Origin: Tubulanus polymorphus
Taxonomy: Eukaryota; Animalia; Nemertea
Length of the DNA: 64,000 nt
NCBI RefSeq assembly: GCF_964204645.1
Contig: NC_134031.1
Coordinates: 10,728,088-10,792,087, forward strand
Reading direction: 5' to 3'
Positions within the stretch are counted from its first letter, which is position 1. Each line of letters starts with the position of its first letter. Below are positions 12,601 to 27,600 of this stretch, piece after piece. Below the pieces are notes generated by a model. The model was not told the origin of the DNA. It worked only from the letters and a program-made list of their open reading frames with translations, and made no database searches. Both the position numbers and the translations under genes were made by a program.

Positions 12601-15600
12601 TACTTTTTACTTTTGATGAAATTGAAATAAACAGTAAATGCTTACCAGCGCAGAGGTTTTTTCACCAGGAACAGTTGAAGGCTTATATTTACTCCCCGCA
12701 GCAAGTAATGATATTATTGTCTGATAGAATACATTATAATTCAAAACATCTGGGTTCCCGAGAATAAATGTACATGCCAATCCATCAATCTTCGGGACAT
12801 CTTGCGTGTTATAGATAAAATCTGGCGGTGCAAGATTGTAGAATCGTGGATTCATTTCCACATCTATAGAAAAATCATTGAAATAGTTTTTTTATCCATA
12901 TGACCCAGTTTATCAATTGATAACGGACCATGGATCATCATTGATATGTCTGGGATTTGCAACAATGTATGAAGATGAAATCTTGTTGCTCAACACCACT
13001 GTAGTAAGCAGGTTAAACTATGATGCTATACGTGGCAATGGGTTTTTGGCTGTGACTCACTAGCACATGGTGGAACAATCGACACTATGTTTGTTCTATA
13101 TACATTGAATTTGAATGCTGAAAGGCATACCCAGTGACGTCATTATCAAGAAACAAGGTCAAGCATTGCTAAAGAGAATGGGAAATAATTCATTGAAATT
13201 TTGCTCATTTGCTTCCAGTACTTCCAAATGGCTTAGAGCTGACGGACGAAGCTTTCATATTACAATGTCATTCAAACACCAACATTATTCCAATATCATA
13301 TTAATCCATCATATTAATTCCAACATTATCTCCCTCTCGACAAAATATCAGCTGTGTATATCCAGTGGTTACAATTTGTGCCACCAAGAGCTAACAGAAA
13401 AAACTCTCAGCGCCATTCTATAAAAATGTATGTCAAAATATCCACGACACTTACCTGCTACATCAGTTACAGTCTTCCTATAGTTATCTTCTACCTCTTT
13501 GCATGTGAAATGTGACTCAAAAACACTATCAGCCATTTCATGACTTTTAATTCCAAATAAATTCAATTGAACCTGTAAACAGCATCATCGTTAATGAAGT
13601 AAAATTGAAGACATGTATAATCTTGATCATTAAGCAAAAGTCAATAAAAATTTCAAATTTTAATTCATCATACTATTCATCATACATTGCTTATTTACTA
13701 TTCATCATACATTGCTTTGCATTGAGTAGTTGTCATTAGATATTAAAAGATGATTTGAATTTTTATAGGCTATTTTGTCCAGTCAAGCGTTAATGAAAGA
13801 GGATGGCTGTAAAATGTGAGTTGGTGACTTTGTGCCCAAACTCACTGATCTTGAGACCCTGATAAGATAGAGACAATAGCCGCAAAATACCAATGAATTA
13901 AGCAATCAGACCTAAGTTTCCAATATTCACATCCATCAGCTTACAAATCTTGGTTAATCTATAAGCATTTACAGATACGCTTACTATATCTGTTAGTTCG
14001 CTCTCCTCTCTTAACCTTTAACCTGCCAGGAGCTTTAATTTAAGTCTTCTGTGTGCCAGGTGATTTACATAAAGTTATAGCATTAAATCCTTTATAACTG
14101 CCAAATTATATAAGGATAAAGGGCATTGGAGCTTCGCTAACTGTATCAATCATTTCAGCATTTACTAAATGCTCTTAATGTGGAATTGTTGTCAAAAGCC
14201 CCATAATATCAAAGACACAGGGATATTTGTTTTTAAAATTTTTTGAAAATAATCGATTACTTCCACGTTTGGAATATCAGTTAGTTGTATCAGTAGCTGC
14301 CATCCATAAAGGAACTACAGCTCGTGGTGCAGCACAGCCAATGAGAAATAACTATGGCAGATTAAGGGTTAAAGCTAATTTCAGCAATACAAATATCACG
14401 AAAACTAAACATAATCATGATTTCACCATAAATGAATGACTGTTTACCTGGGCTATGAGACCCTTCGGTGGATCATATAGATAATGTAACATGTAGTCGA
14501 ACAGTAATAGCAACCTCGACAGTAATAGTGGACATGTGATCATTAGCTGATGAGTTGACACTGTACTATGGATATCCAGAATTGTCTGGCCTAGTTGCAG
14601 AATAACGTGTTTCTTCTGCATTAGATCAATACTGTGAAACAGGAACAGCAGCAGCTGCATATGTTCGACATTCACATCTACAAAACAGCAATATGAATAT
14701 GATTTGATGCTCTCACAATGAATAAGGCAGCCAGGTAATGGATGGAATGAAAAAAGATTTGTAACATTCTTCGATGATTAATATCAGCTGAGAATGATAC
14801 AAAATGACAACCTATGGTGCCACATCGAAAATCTGGTTAGTCACTGCTCCAGGAAAACCTATCCATCAAATACCCTGATAGCCAGCGACTAAAGTAAATT
14901 GGCTGCTATAGACTTAAATGGAGAAAATAATTATGAATCCATATGTGAGTGACATACCTTCCATGGCCTCAGTACAAGCCTCCTGGTTAATTATGCGTCC
15001 TTTCAGTGTAGCTATAAACCGTGCCCAAAGTTTGAAAATCAGCATGTCTGTTGGCCTTTTGAGCAATCCAGCTCCATATTCACGTTGTTGGCGCAAAAGG
15101 ATTATCTCTGCTAACAAAGCTAGCGTTCGAGGGTACACAGTCAATGGCCACAATTCTTCACCAACAAGGTTAACACCAAGCTGACATAACCAGAAATCCT
15201 TCGATAAAAATATAAAAAACCGTTCATCTTCAAAGGCACAAAAATTAATTCCCAACCATTGGCAAATATATTTCACTCCATATCAAAATTTCATTTCTAA
15301 GTTGAATAACATTTAAAGGGTAACTGACACTTTTTTTTTACTTTTCAAAATATGATGTATTATTCTATTGATCTATACACTCATCTTCAACCGTAAACCT
15401 ATTTCAAAGAATCAATGAGTTATTTAAATAGGCTACATCGATCAAATTGAAGATGCAGATTACAATCCGCTGCTATGAAGCTATTAAAGTACACTTTACT
15501 AAGCTCTCAGCACTGTTACTGCTGTTCCATAGTTCACCTATAGTTTAGCACCACAAGCATACTATACAGTGTCTTATAAGCACTCACAGATTTCAATCTC

Positions 15601-18600
15601 ACTAAAGAATAAATAAATTCATATTCCTATACTATTTACTATTTTTCATAGTCATTTAAGGCTAAGTAGTTTGAAAACTAACTCTTCAAAACTCTACAAA
15701 AAACTTTCAATAAATTTCTACAGGTGTGTTTCAAGAAAAGAATTCCTGCAGCTAATTATGTCTAAGATTCTTGTCAAAATATCCTGGGTATTAGATCTAA
15801 CCATGGTTTTACTTACTATCACTAAATGATAATCCAAAACGAATGATTTATACATCCGTGTTCCATGCTGTCTACTAGAAAATGCCATGGATTGCTATTG
15901 AAATCCTATTTTTTGTGCTTAGTTTGAACGGATGTGGTCCGTTCAACAGCTAATTATAATCGAGAGGCATTTCGTCTGAATTCGAATGCCAAATAGGTAT
16001 AAAATTAAGTTGAATTGCTCTTGTAGCTTATTTCCTATTCATTTCTGTACACATCATTTCTGAGCCGTGCCTTTATTGACGGTGTTCTATTGATTGACAC
16101 AGTACCATGCGTTCAGCAGAAGCAATGTATACACTGAACAGGTGAGCGAACATCTAAATCATCAATTCTGACTAGATTGAAAAGATTTTTCCAATTATGA
16201 AATCACCTAGCCTTATTGTATACTATTATCTATCGTTTAGTAGAAAAGTAGAAAAAAGTAGAAAAAAGTAGAAAAAAGTGTCAGTTACCCTTTAAATTGG
16301 GCTAACATTTTCCTCGGCCACTTATATACTAAATAATGCCAGCATATAAATTAATATTATGATGCAGACTAGAATGATGCTAACTATAACCCTTGGTCAG
16401 GAAATTGGTGGAATAAAATGATATATACTTGGACTGTTAGGATGTAATTGTTGTGCAGCATTTACTACAGATAAAGGCTTAAATATTTATAAGCCTAATG
16501 GGATACATAATTGTTTGTAATAAGTAATTCAGTGATTGTCAGTGAAGTTCAATCCATCAATCTCACTTAAAGTCTTCATTTTCAAAAGTTTTTATCTAAT
16601 CTCTTCATAAACTGACCATAAGTGTTTTGTTGACAATGTCTGACGAAACAAGACAGTGATTAAATCTGACCAAAGCTATTGAGAAATCACCAGCAATGCC
16701 TAAAAAATAAAATATTTGTTATCATTATGCACCACAACACTCAGAGTGTCCCTATCCATGGTGTAGGCCAATTTTCTACGAAATTGATAGGCAATATCTA
16801 ATACAGGCTTCCAACAGTTATGTTTAACTTGAATTCCAAACACGTTTTTCCAGGACCAATCAATCTATATTCCAGTGATGATTGCCAGTCTGAAGTAAGA
16901 CCAACTTAGACAAGAATGCATGATGCCCTACTCTTTAAAACTGTTTCCTATCATAGGATGAGTAAAAGGCCTACTAAGGTCCATAATACTCAATCAACCG
17001 TAATATTATGGTTGATTAGTGCTTGCTGAGCCCTAGTTAGCCAGTCATGTAAAAATGGCCCATGAAGATGAGAAGGGCTCGTATCAGAGCTGACTATGAT
17101 TGATTGCGTCAGATCTATATTTTTGATAAGGATATATTCTGGATTGAATTTGATTTTCTATACGGATTATTTGCTCATGATGTGACCAACTTCAGTTTAT
17201 AAATGATAGCAGGTGATTATCAACACGAAAATGCTAAGGAAGACATTTGGCTAACGTACATGTTTTATGTCATACATAACGATTGGTCAAAGTAGTGTAT
17301 TCACAGACAATGCTCTGCCTTTCGTACAACTATAGATTGCGTATCAGAAAATGAACTTTGACATTGTGTATGCATGTGACAGCAGCTAGTAAGCTCTCCT
17401 GCTAGAGAATTTGGTTAATAACCACTGTTTTTACATCTTTTACTATCATCGATATCAGACAAGATATTTCATAGCTGTCGCAGGATTCTTAGTACAAATC
17501 GGATGCATCAGCTGAATCGGATGCATCAGCTGATGACTTATTTTGACTGGCTGGCTGGCAATGTGAACAAAAACTGACTATGTGACAGCTCCAGTGCCAA
17601 CCTACTTCGTAGTTGCAATTGGGGCAGCACTATACCATCATTGTGGCAGCCAACAAATGCAATCATTACTCAAGCTTGTGTCCAGCTATTGTGACTATTT
17701 TTCTAAACACATGGCTGATTGGCAGGATACCACATAAATATTTGGGTGCAGTAATACAAAATATCTTTCACTTTAAAAGATGGGCAACCTAATGAAAGTT
17801 CATAAATTATACCAGATGGGTGTGATTATAATAGATCCAATCATTACTCTAGTTGTGTCCAGACTACAGGGAAAATGATACAGTGGAACCTCGTTATAAT
17901 GAACTCGGACACAAAGATGCGTCGGATATCACATATATAGAATCTCGTCCAAAATAAGACAATTTGATCAATCTTATACTGGGTATAACAAACCATTTGT
18001 TATTACGAACATATTTTCTGGTCCAGTGAAGTTTGCTGTAACGAGGTATCACTGTATTGCTATCATGACAATGTAGACTCATGACTGATTAGTATATTAC
18101 AAGATACCATCCAAATGTCTACAAACATATACAAGACGTCTCAATAATAAGAGGGACTACACGATGAATGAAAAGTGAACAGCCCCAGGTGGGCTCATCT
18201 GTTTCACCAGAAACAGTGCTCCAGTATGACTGACCAGATATTTAAGGGTTAAAATCTGAGGCTAGAAAATGAACTTGTAAATAAAGCAAGTAGTAATTTA
18301 GTTTTTTTTCAACAAAGAATAGTACAGTAATGATATACCTGTTAATCCATTACTTGCATCTTTCTCAATATCTTTGATAACCTGAGCAACAGCAACTAAA
18401 CTCTCTTCATTCAGTGAATCGGAAAGGTATTGCTTTACTTCACTACATGATGATCCAATCAAGTGACTTGTATAGAAGTTTAATATTCCACTAGCTAAAC
18501 TTATATACTAGAAACAAGCAAATGAAAACAATGAATTACAAAATCAAAATTCAATTATCTATTACCAACCAAAAATGACCATCTTTATAAAAAAAAGATA

Positions 18601-21600
18601 ATTTTAATCCATATTCGTTTTCGATCATTGAATATATAACCAAGAATAGAACTAAGTTACGAAATATAATCATGGGCGTTGCCTTAAAACACCCCTTTCA
18701 GACTTCGAATTTAAAAAATAAAGAGTAATTTAAGATCATTCAAGAAAATCAGAGATGGTTCTTGGCTTTCGACATAATGACAGATACAGTGCAAAATATG
18801 ACATATAGTTCCCTTATATAAATTCTGACCCCCGTTAAAAATCCTAGTTACAGCCCTACTTCATCTACTCATTAGAAACAAACCCCATCCGATTCTTTTT
18901 TCTGCAGCAAAAGCACAGGCTTGTCAGAGTCATCTTCAATAGCTATTTTTTCATCTGAGTCTTGTAATGGAGTAGGAGGCACTGAGGAAGGTGTTGGGCT
19001 TGATGGTGTCTCAGTACTCAGGGTCTCCTCAAACCAATGACCTACGTTAAACACAAACACAAATACAAATATACAATTCCTGCAAAGATTTTCTGAACTT
19101 TTAGTAACTAACTAGATGAGTTGGTACGCCTCTTGTAAGCTATGTCTATAATAGACCGATTTCTAACTCAACAATTGGATATTGCTATCTACACCAAATC
19201 AAAACATGCGGGTATTGTACAACCTAGGGAGACATTATTTGGTTAATAGGAATGAACCTCAATATGTCAAGCCTGTGTTACATTTACAAGGCAGACCTGC
19301 TTACCCAAAAATTTCAACCTCAGTAGTATTGCATATTTATTTCAGTGAAAATAAGCTCACATCAGTAGTTTTAATGAATATTTGTCCGTCAAAAGTTTCC
19401 AATTAAGCATCAATAGTTTCATATCATAAAACCAGTAGTTTCCTTTAGGGTATCAGTAGTATCAGAAAACAGAATTAATCAAAAAATAAAATTGAATATT
19501 CTTTACTTTTTAAATTTTTCATCGCTCCTCCGGTCAATGAGAACCAAAATCTGAGGATTGGAAGGATAAAAACCTCGAGTGTTCTTAATTATCAGACAGT
19601 ATGTTCAAAATGTGGCATTTAATTTAGCAATACCGATCTTTTCCCCCGAGTGAATCTACTTAGTATCAAGGAAAAGGTATCAGGCAGGTGCTGCCACTGT
19701 GATGAAAGGTTGAGTAGTGGATTTTCCCCAAGGATGAAAATATCTATTAATCAAGTCAGGAAAAATAATCGTTTAAAAAGAAAATATAAAAAACAATTTC
19801 ATTTTCATTTTTATTTCGCCTTCCGACATTAAACATACCCTCAAAACAAAAAAGCCTAGCCACACGAAATACAGTAAAAACCACAGTTAAGTCAATGAGT
19901 CTTTAACCCCAGGTTTTACCAGCTGAAGAAATATTTATCTCGACGTTTATTATTCATACTTGTCTACTTCTTAGTATTTTTCAGGACACGATAACATATA
20001 TTCGTTGAAAGTTTATTCATTTTAAAAACTTTTTATTCAAACACGGTATGAAAACGCGCGTGCCTATGTGAGCATTGGTATGCTGTCACGAGTGACTGTG
20101 TGTATAGAGTGTGTAGAGATTATATTGATCATACACAGCAGCAATGCAGTGAAAGAATAGATGGACGTGTATGCCACTGCCATATATTCAATACTCTGAC
20201 CCGATTTACGAGCAGCAGAAGTAAACGAACCCGTACTCCCGTTTTTGAAAGTTCATAACCGTATTCACAGATGTGATGATATACTTTAGCTGTATTTTCA
20301 TACAGGAAGATAAAACAAATCCGTATTTTGAAAGGAAAGGATAAAAAACTGTAGTTTTTACGGAGCATCTGTACTTCCTCATTTAGCTATTAAAATCCGT
20401 AGCAAATATGGAAATTCCATGGGGGTAAGCAGGTCTGACAAGGTGATCTGAAATCATCCCTTTTTCAAGTATTCAGGACCCCCTGGTGGCCACATGGAAT
20501 ATCATGTGACCTTGAAACTATGTGCTGAGGCATATCACTTTACCAACCACATATGTGCATACCCTACAAACTTTTCAATTACCATAAAGCTCTATCTCTT
20601 AAACCTGACGATGATCTCTGGGGCGAGATCGAAACGTCGTGTATTTCATATTTTAGATTTTCTTAATGAATAAATTATTGATTTTAAAATTCTTTTAATT
20701 TGTACAGTGTTTTTTTTAAATCTTATTATCCGTTCACCACGTTTGAGTGTGGTTATTGTACTATTTCTATCTCTTACAGTTTTCACTCTATGGAGCTCCA
20801 AAGTTACTACTGATTTTCCTACTTTTTAATTAACAATGATGGGCACTGAGTTTTTCTCAAATCACACACGGTTACTGAAAGAGTTAACGTGCAATTAATT
20901 GGAATTGGTAGTTCTAGGTTAAGACACCTGCGATGTTATCTCCAATTACAATTGACAGGCTGCAAAACCATATCCTCCACTGATTATGTCCAGGATTAAT
21001 CAATATTTGAGAGCGTAGTTTTGCTCATCGACAGACACTAATGCACATGCCCAACAAATCCAGTTCATCCCTCATTCTTATATTCTGACCAAACAACAGT
21101 TTTGGAAATCACCACCATATCACCTTCTCAACTGCCATGCATTTCAGGGGTACTGTACCTAAAATAGGTTCCGAGTCGTTGTAATCACTGCTACCATCTG
21201 AACTACTGAAATCATCCTCATAAAAAGTATTTGAATCAGATGAACTGACACTTTCAGATTGTTCTTTAGTCTGGTTAATAGTCTGTTGGTGCTTAATTGT
21301 CATGCCCTGAAAAGTTCAGATACAGAGTGCACATTTTTGAATAGCGACTAGATGTCCAGGGACACCATGCCAACTTGGGAAATGCCTTGAAATGCTCAAT
21401 AATCTGACAAATTCAATATTCAATGCCTCCTTGTGAACATATACTAAAATCAATGAAAAATTGTATAGGATTTAATTCTTAACGAATGGACGGAAGGATG
21501 GAAAGTCAATGCAATAGCCCAAAGTTTCAAAGTGGGCTGAAAATTTTGACACAAATAATTTTAATAATCAGGAATTCCAGAACTGTGGTACTCCAGGTGT

Positions 21601-24600
21601 TTGTAAAAACACAAGCATGTTCGTTTGGAAACATAATAGGTACTGGGTTTTCCCCGAGCGAGCAGTGTGGGCGAGTGGTTAGAGCATTTGACTCTGGGAA
21701 GCCAGGTTGTCAGTTTGAACCCCGTACATTACCGTAGTGTCCTCGGGCAAGACACATATCCTCATTGCCTCTCTCCACCCAGTTGTAAATGGGTGCCTGA
21801 CCTGATAGATGATTCCTGAGAACCTAGTAGTTGCTCGGATGTTACTCGCCCCAGGGAGAGATGACTGATACATGGGATAGAGTTTTAGGCTGGGGATAAT
21901 AATACCAAATTTGGAGCGCATCTGAGCTGACTCTGGTTAGGATACCTGTGCCTCATATAAATGACAATTATTTTCCTATTGACTCCCATAGTTATTGATA
22001 GGTATAAATATGTATACATAACATCCTGGGCTAAGAAATTAATTAAATATTACTTTTACATCAATTTCATGAATTTGAACCGATTCATATTTTTGGCGTA
22101 AAAAGACAACTGGACACTATCTTGAATCTGGTCAACCCATGTGATCCAAAAGTTCATGGTTTGAAATCGATAGTTCATCCATATTCTATATTAAATTAAG
22201 TTACCTTGTTGTATGAAGATCTCATCAAACTGAGTAGCAGGCTAGTTAGATTGATAGATGTGAAAATTTTCTTGGCTCTTTGCCATGCAGTGAATTCACC
22301 CTTTATTGTGAGTTCTGCTTCTGTTTTCAAAGGTGAAATCTGTATAATGAACAAAGTAGAGAAAATGTATTGACCAAAATCCTCTGTCATATTCATTACA
22401 AATTTAGAAATATCTGAGTGGTACCTTTCCAGAATTTTCTTCAATCTGAACGTCCTCCATCAATAGCGTGAGCGTTGTAAGAGCATGTACTGACAGCGCA
22501 CAAGATAATACTCCAAAACTACATCCTACTGATCTACAAATCAAAGGAGATCAATAAGTCAAATCATCAAGAAGAGGCCCATGGGCATTGTGAAGTCTAA
22601 CCATCAGAAAACCCTAGGAATGAGACCTCATTTGACTGTAGATTACTATCTATATGCCCATAATTTTTTCAATAACACATCTTAACATTTTACTGAAAGA
22701 CTGACTTTTTCATGTGTTTTGATGAGTCATCATAACCTTTTATAAGCAAGGTTCAGTTGTAACAAAATAGGATGATATCTTACTAGATCATGGCTCTATA
22801 TAAAACCATAAATTCAATCATTTATTTGCATGCAAACAGTTTCTCTTAACATTATAATGCATTTTATAGAGGAAACTTTGAGATAGAGGACAATTACATT
22901 GTTCTCCCACCAATCTAAATGCATAGCTAGCATGTAGCACGTAGCACTTAGCGATAGGGACAATTTCCTTATTCCGCACAACTCTACCTTATACAGTATA
23001 TCACACACCATTTCATAGCACCATGTGGTACATTTCTTGGTATTTTGATTGGGTTTTTCATCTGAGTGTATGATTAAGTTCTAGTGGATATACTATTGTT
23101 TGATGACTGATTTAGATAAATCTTAGATTAATCAGAAGAAAAGAGACACCAACATCTATGAGTTGTTTGTATTGATTGGGTTAGGCAATAAGTTGTGGTC
23201 AAAAGTAAAATCAACGTTGATAACAGGTCACTGTCAAAGACACTAAACAAAGATATTTGTTTCAACTTGCAGTCGTAAGATAGAAATTGAAAATGAAATA
23301 TTTGCAAAGCAGCAATAACTGGTTTTCTGCCTATCAGCATCATTAGTATGCAAACCTTTTGAAATAATGCATAGAAATTAAATATTGTTTATTGTCAGGT
23401 TTCAATCCTGGTATGATTGATACATTCAAACCCAAAACAGTAGTTTCCAATTTGTTAGAATGGAAACCAAATCAGAATTTAAATCCAATTCAATCCCAGT
23501 GATGACAGGCACTGTCAGACATAATAGCTCAGTGAACTCCCGGTTATCAACAGAGACCGAAGTACGTGCTATCAAAATTAACCCTCCCCTTAGAAAAGTA
23601 TGCACTCTTTGAGCTCAACAATTGGCCTACATATATTACACTGATATTAGCTGCGTTCACACTAGGATTTCAGTACTAAGCATTCATACAATGAAATTAT
23701 TCAAGGCCTATTCGCTTATTAAGCGCGGTGCCGAAAACCCGATCTCAGTACGGAACTGAACTGGCAACGAGATACCGTATTTTCCAGCAATTAAGCCATC
23801 AGTTTTTTAGCCTAGAATACATGATTTTCTCAATGCTTCGCCCAATAAGGCGAGGCCCTTTCATCAAGAGATTTTAATTAACAGATTTAGCAATTAGTCT
23901 TAATTGACAATGTATGAGGCTGACAATACGTGTCTGCCGATGTGCGAGTGCTGTGTATACTATCATCGACGAGTCACTGCTATATATAGACTCACTCAGG
24001 TGATTACTAACACACAGAGCCATATATTGTAACCTACATTCGCACATACAGCTGACTGCTAACACACGTATACACAAAAAGCGCTGCGGTATTAAATTGC
24101 CACTGTGAGGTGATGAAAGAAACAAAGTGACACAATAGTTCTAAATAGATTATTGGTAGTAAATAAGGACCTCAATAAATATGGAACACACTTCTTTATT
24201 TTGATGATCCTCAGGAGCATTAGAGTGACATAGTTCGGGAAATAATTATTTAGGTCAGATCGTATCCGTCCAATAAGCCGATCATGATACTTTGGGGTAA
24301 CAATCTGAGGCTAGAAAATTTTCTATTTGTAGGCGCTCAGATGCGTTTCCCCAGCATTTGGGGTCATAATCAATTAGTTTAAGTTCAGTAATTTTCATAG
24401 CCTTTGGATAGAAATTGATCGTCGGCAGTTTGCTTGAAGCACTTTTCTGATGGAGATTGGTAGTCCCACGTGCATGAAATAGTGAGATGTTCTTCCATTC
24501 ATATAACTAGATTTGCCAATAAAGCTCATCGGGGATTTATGTATCTCCATTTGGTATCCTTATGTTTGAAAAATATTTTGGTAATCATAATAAAAGCCTT

Positions 24601-27600
24601 TCCACGGGCATTGAAACTTTCCATGATGGGTTTCTGTGTAATTGTTTCTGTTTCATTCACCGAACTCGCTGTCAACAAGGTATATTTCTAAAAGGAAATA
24701 TACTGCGACAGGTGGTTTTGCAAAGTCATTAAAAATCAAGATCCTATTGTATCTAAGGATACAATTATTCCGATTTTGGAAAAGAGAAGTCATAAAGAAT
24801 GAATAAATTAATGAAGATTACAAAATCGGAAGTAACAAACGAACAGTTTAAAAGCGGAAGAACCCGTCGCGATAAAATGAAGATTTAAATATTACAAAAT
24901 CATTATGAAAAACGAAATGAAAAGAAACAAATGCTACCGTTGATAGTATTCACGTACAAATTGTAGAATGAGAATAGAAAATTTAATTGAATACAAGTTC
25001 CGAGAAGAGCAAAGAGATTTAGACAATCAATTCGGCGGCTTGAAATAAAGAAACTGCTTAAAAAATGAATAAACTCGAATGCAAGATCTTTGCTTTCGAA
25101 TAATTTGTTAATTACAAGGGTAGACCTAAGGTTCATATAAATCTATATTTTTGAATTTTGAAATCAGGGGATCTAAAAATAGTATTCATCATTACGGGAC
25201 GTCGATGCAGAAATCAATTTTTCAGGGAAGAGCCGATCAGCCTTCCAGAAAGGGAATGCACATCATCCGTGAGTGTCGCAAAAAATTATCTCATTGCTAA
25301 TTAAAGTTGAAAAATAACATGTACGTTGTTTTCTGAATACTAAAAGATTCTTGATTTTATTTGTGTTCTGTCTACTTAATTGCGGAAATCCGATGTATTT
25401 GCAGTACTGGGAACAATAAAGTATTGAATAAAGTAACAATTATATTTGATGAGTATCAATAAAGTATATTTGAACTTGAATTTGAGCCCACTAGGTGGTG
25501 GTATTGGAAGACACCAGGTGGTTCGATCAACTTAATATGCTCCAGCGCCGTGGCGCTGTCGCAAAAAGGCGATTCTCGATATAAATAGTAATGGGTTTTG
25601 TGCGATGAAAGTAGTGTTTGAATAAAACAAATTTTTAATGAAATAAACATTATTTATCATAATTAATCAATAGATCAGGTGCCGCCTAAATAATTGTTTG
25701 TTTCGTGAAATTTGTACAAAACTTTGCGACTTCGTCATGTCTTGTGACCCTGAAAATACTAGAAGAATCATCGGTAAGCTTATAAAACGGCGAGGTCAAC
25801 ATAGTAACAACAACTTCGGGGATTGAAAAAAAAACTCGAAAGAATTATTTCTTATACTGATGAGTTATACTGATGGGGAGTAGCGACCGTCATTGACACC
25901 GGTTATTTATCCATTCACTATCAAATGTGACGAGCCCAATAAATGATTGCGCATAGATTCGGCCTCTCAGCATTTATCCATTCACTATCAAATGTGACGA
26001 GCCCAATAAATGATTGCGCATAGATTCGGCCTCTCAGCATTTAGCACAGCAGTTCCGAGAAGTGTTAAGACCGATCAGCGCGCGCGCTATCTAAAACCGG
26101 TGCTAGTACGATCAATATCTACAGGTATATACGTGTTCAGTATTACACAGCGAGTACCAGTATGTTGATCGAGCGTCGTCGTAGCAACGCGCTATACAGC
26201 GGCTTGAACTAGCGAGTAACGTTAATTATCTTTTAACCAAATTAGAGCACTTATAACCATCGGAATCAAATATAAACCAAGCTGCACCATCTACATCAAG
26301 TAGAGAATACCTGTGTGAAATTACAGAATTGTCGGTCCACACAAACAGCTTAAATCGTGTCATAAAGAAACATCCACAGACGGACAGACAGACAGACAGA
26401 CATGACGACGATGCCATAGATGGGTTCGTCTGACGACGAAACCCATCAAAAAGAGCCCCAAGGGGCACTATGGCCAGCTTGTTATTTTTTCATAAAATGG
26501 CAAATGATGATGCATTCTGTGGGTTAAATTTGACAAAATACACTCCCAGCTCAGAGTCAATACCTAATAATTTACACAATACAATCGTAGAATACATAAG
26601 TAGCACAGACAGCAACTTGGTCTGGCAGGAACAAATACCTCAGATAAATCTTTTCCCTTGGTCTTATTGATTTTAATGCGGAATAGAATTGAATTTTCTG
26701 AAATTTGCTTAATAAATTAATGAAGATTACAAAATCGGAAGTAACAAACGAACAGTTTAAAAGCGGAAGCACCCGTCGCGATAAAATGAAGATTTAAATA
26801 TTACAAAATCATTATGAAAAACGAAATGAAAAGAAACAAATGCTACCGTTGATAGTAAATAATACCGTTGATAGCTTAATAAAACCAAATTGAATTGGAT
26901 TTGATGTTTTTATTTGTTCAATAAGGTAAAATTGAATTGGATTTGATATTTTTTTGCGGAATAAATTTGATTGAATTTGTTTTTTGAGCACATGGTTAAT
27001 TAGCATATCAAGGTCATCTATCCGATTTAAGAAAAAGCTATTTTTCCTGGACTTTGCACAATGGTCAATGATATCTTCTGTAGTTTCAGATATTCACGAA
27101 AAAGCTCATAAAAATTCTAACGAGGCCCTCTTTCAAAATTCAGCTACGTAGAGTTTGGAGAATGGATAATGCTTTAATGAATGATTTGTATGAATATATG
27201 CTCAGTTGCACAGTAAAAGAGCCTTTGCTCTGGAAACCATGTCATTTAAATTCGCTCCATTTTTATAGTAATAGGCTCAGCCTATGGTTGGCCTAAAAAT
27301 TGAGGCAACTGGTTTCGTTAATTCAGCAGCCGAGTGCAGCTGTGTTTAACTCGCCGTGACCTTTGTGGGCATTGATTTTTTTTAAATTTTTAACATACCA
27401 GGAAATCCCAGGATATTTATAGGCCTAACCGAGCGGCGCCCACGGCTCCGTACATGAGCCGTTTCTACAATTATTGACGTATGTAATAAGTTTTTATGGC
27501 ATGAAGCGTTTGTCTGACTCATTGTTTATGTGTAGGAGAGAATAATCGCTGGTGATATAACCGAAGATCGTCACTGACAGAACCATGTTGGCTACAGGGG

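Noticed and set aside
21657-21725. Possible tRNA gene
   Set aside because: No intact cloverleaf; it continues into a SINE core and tail
26418-26448. CTGACGA...GAAAC suggesting a second hammerhead (also at about 47326 and 62735)
   Set aside because: There is no room for stem II; it is the terminal hairpin of a HINE-like family
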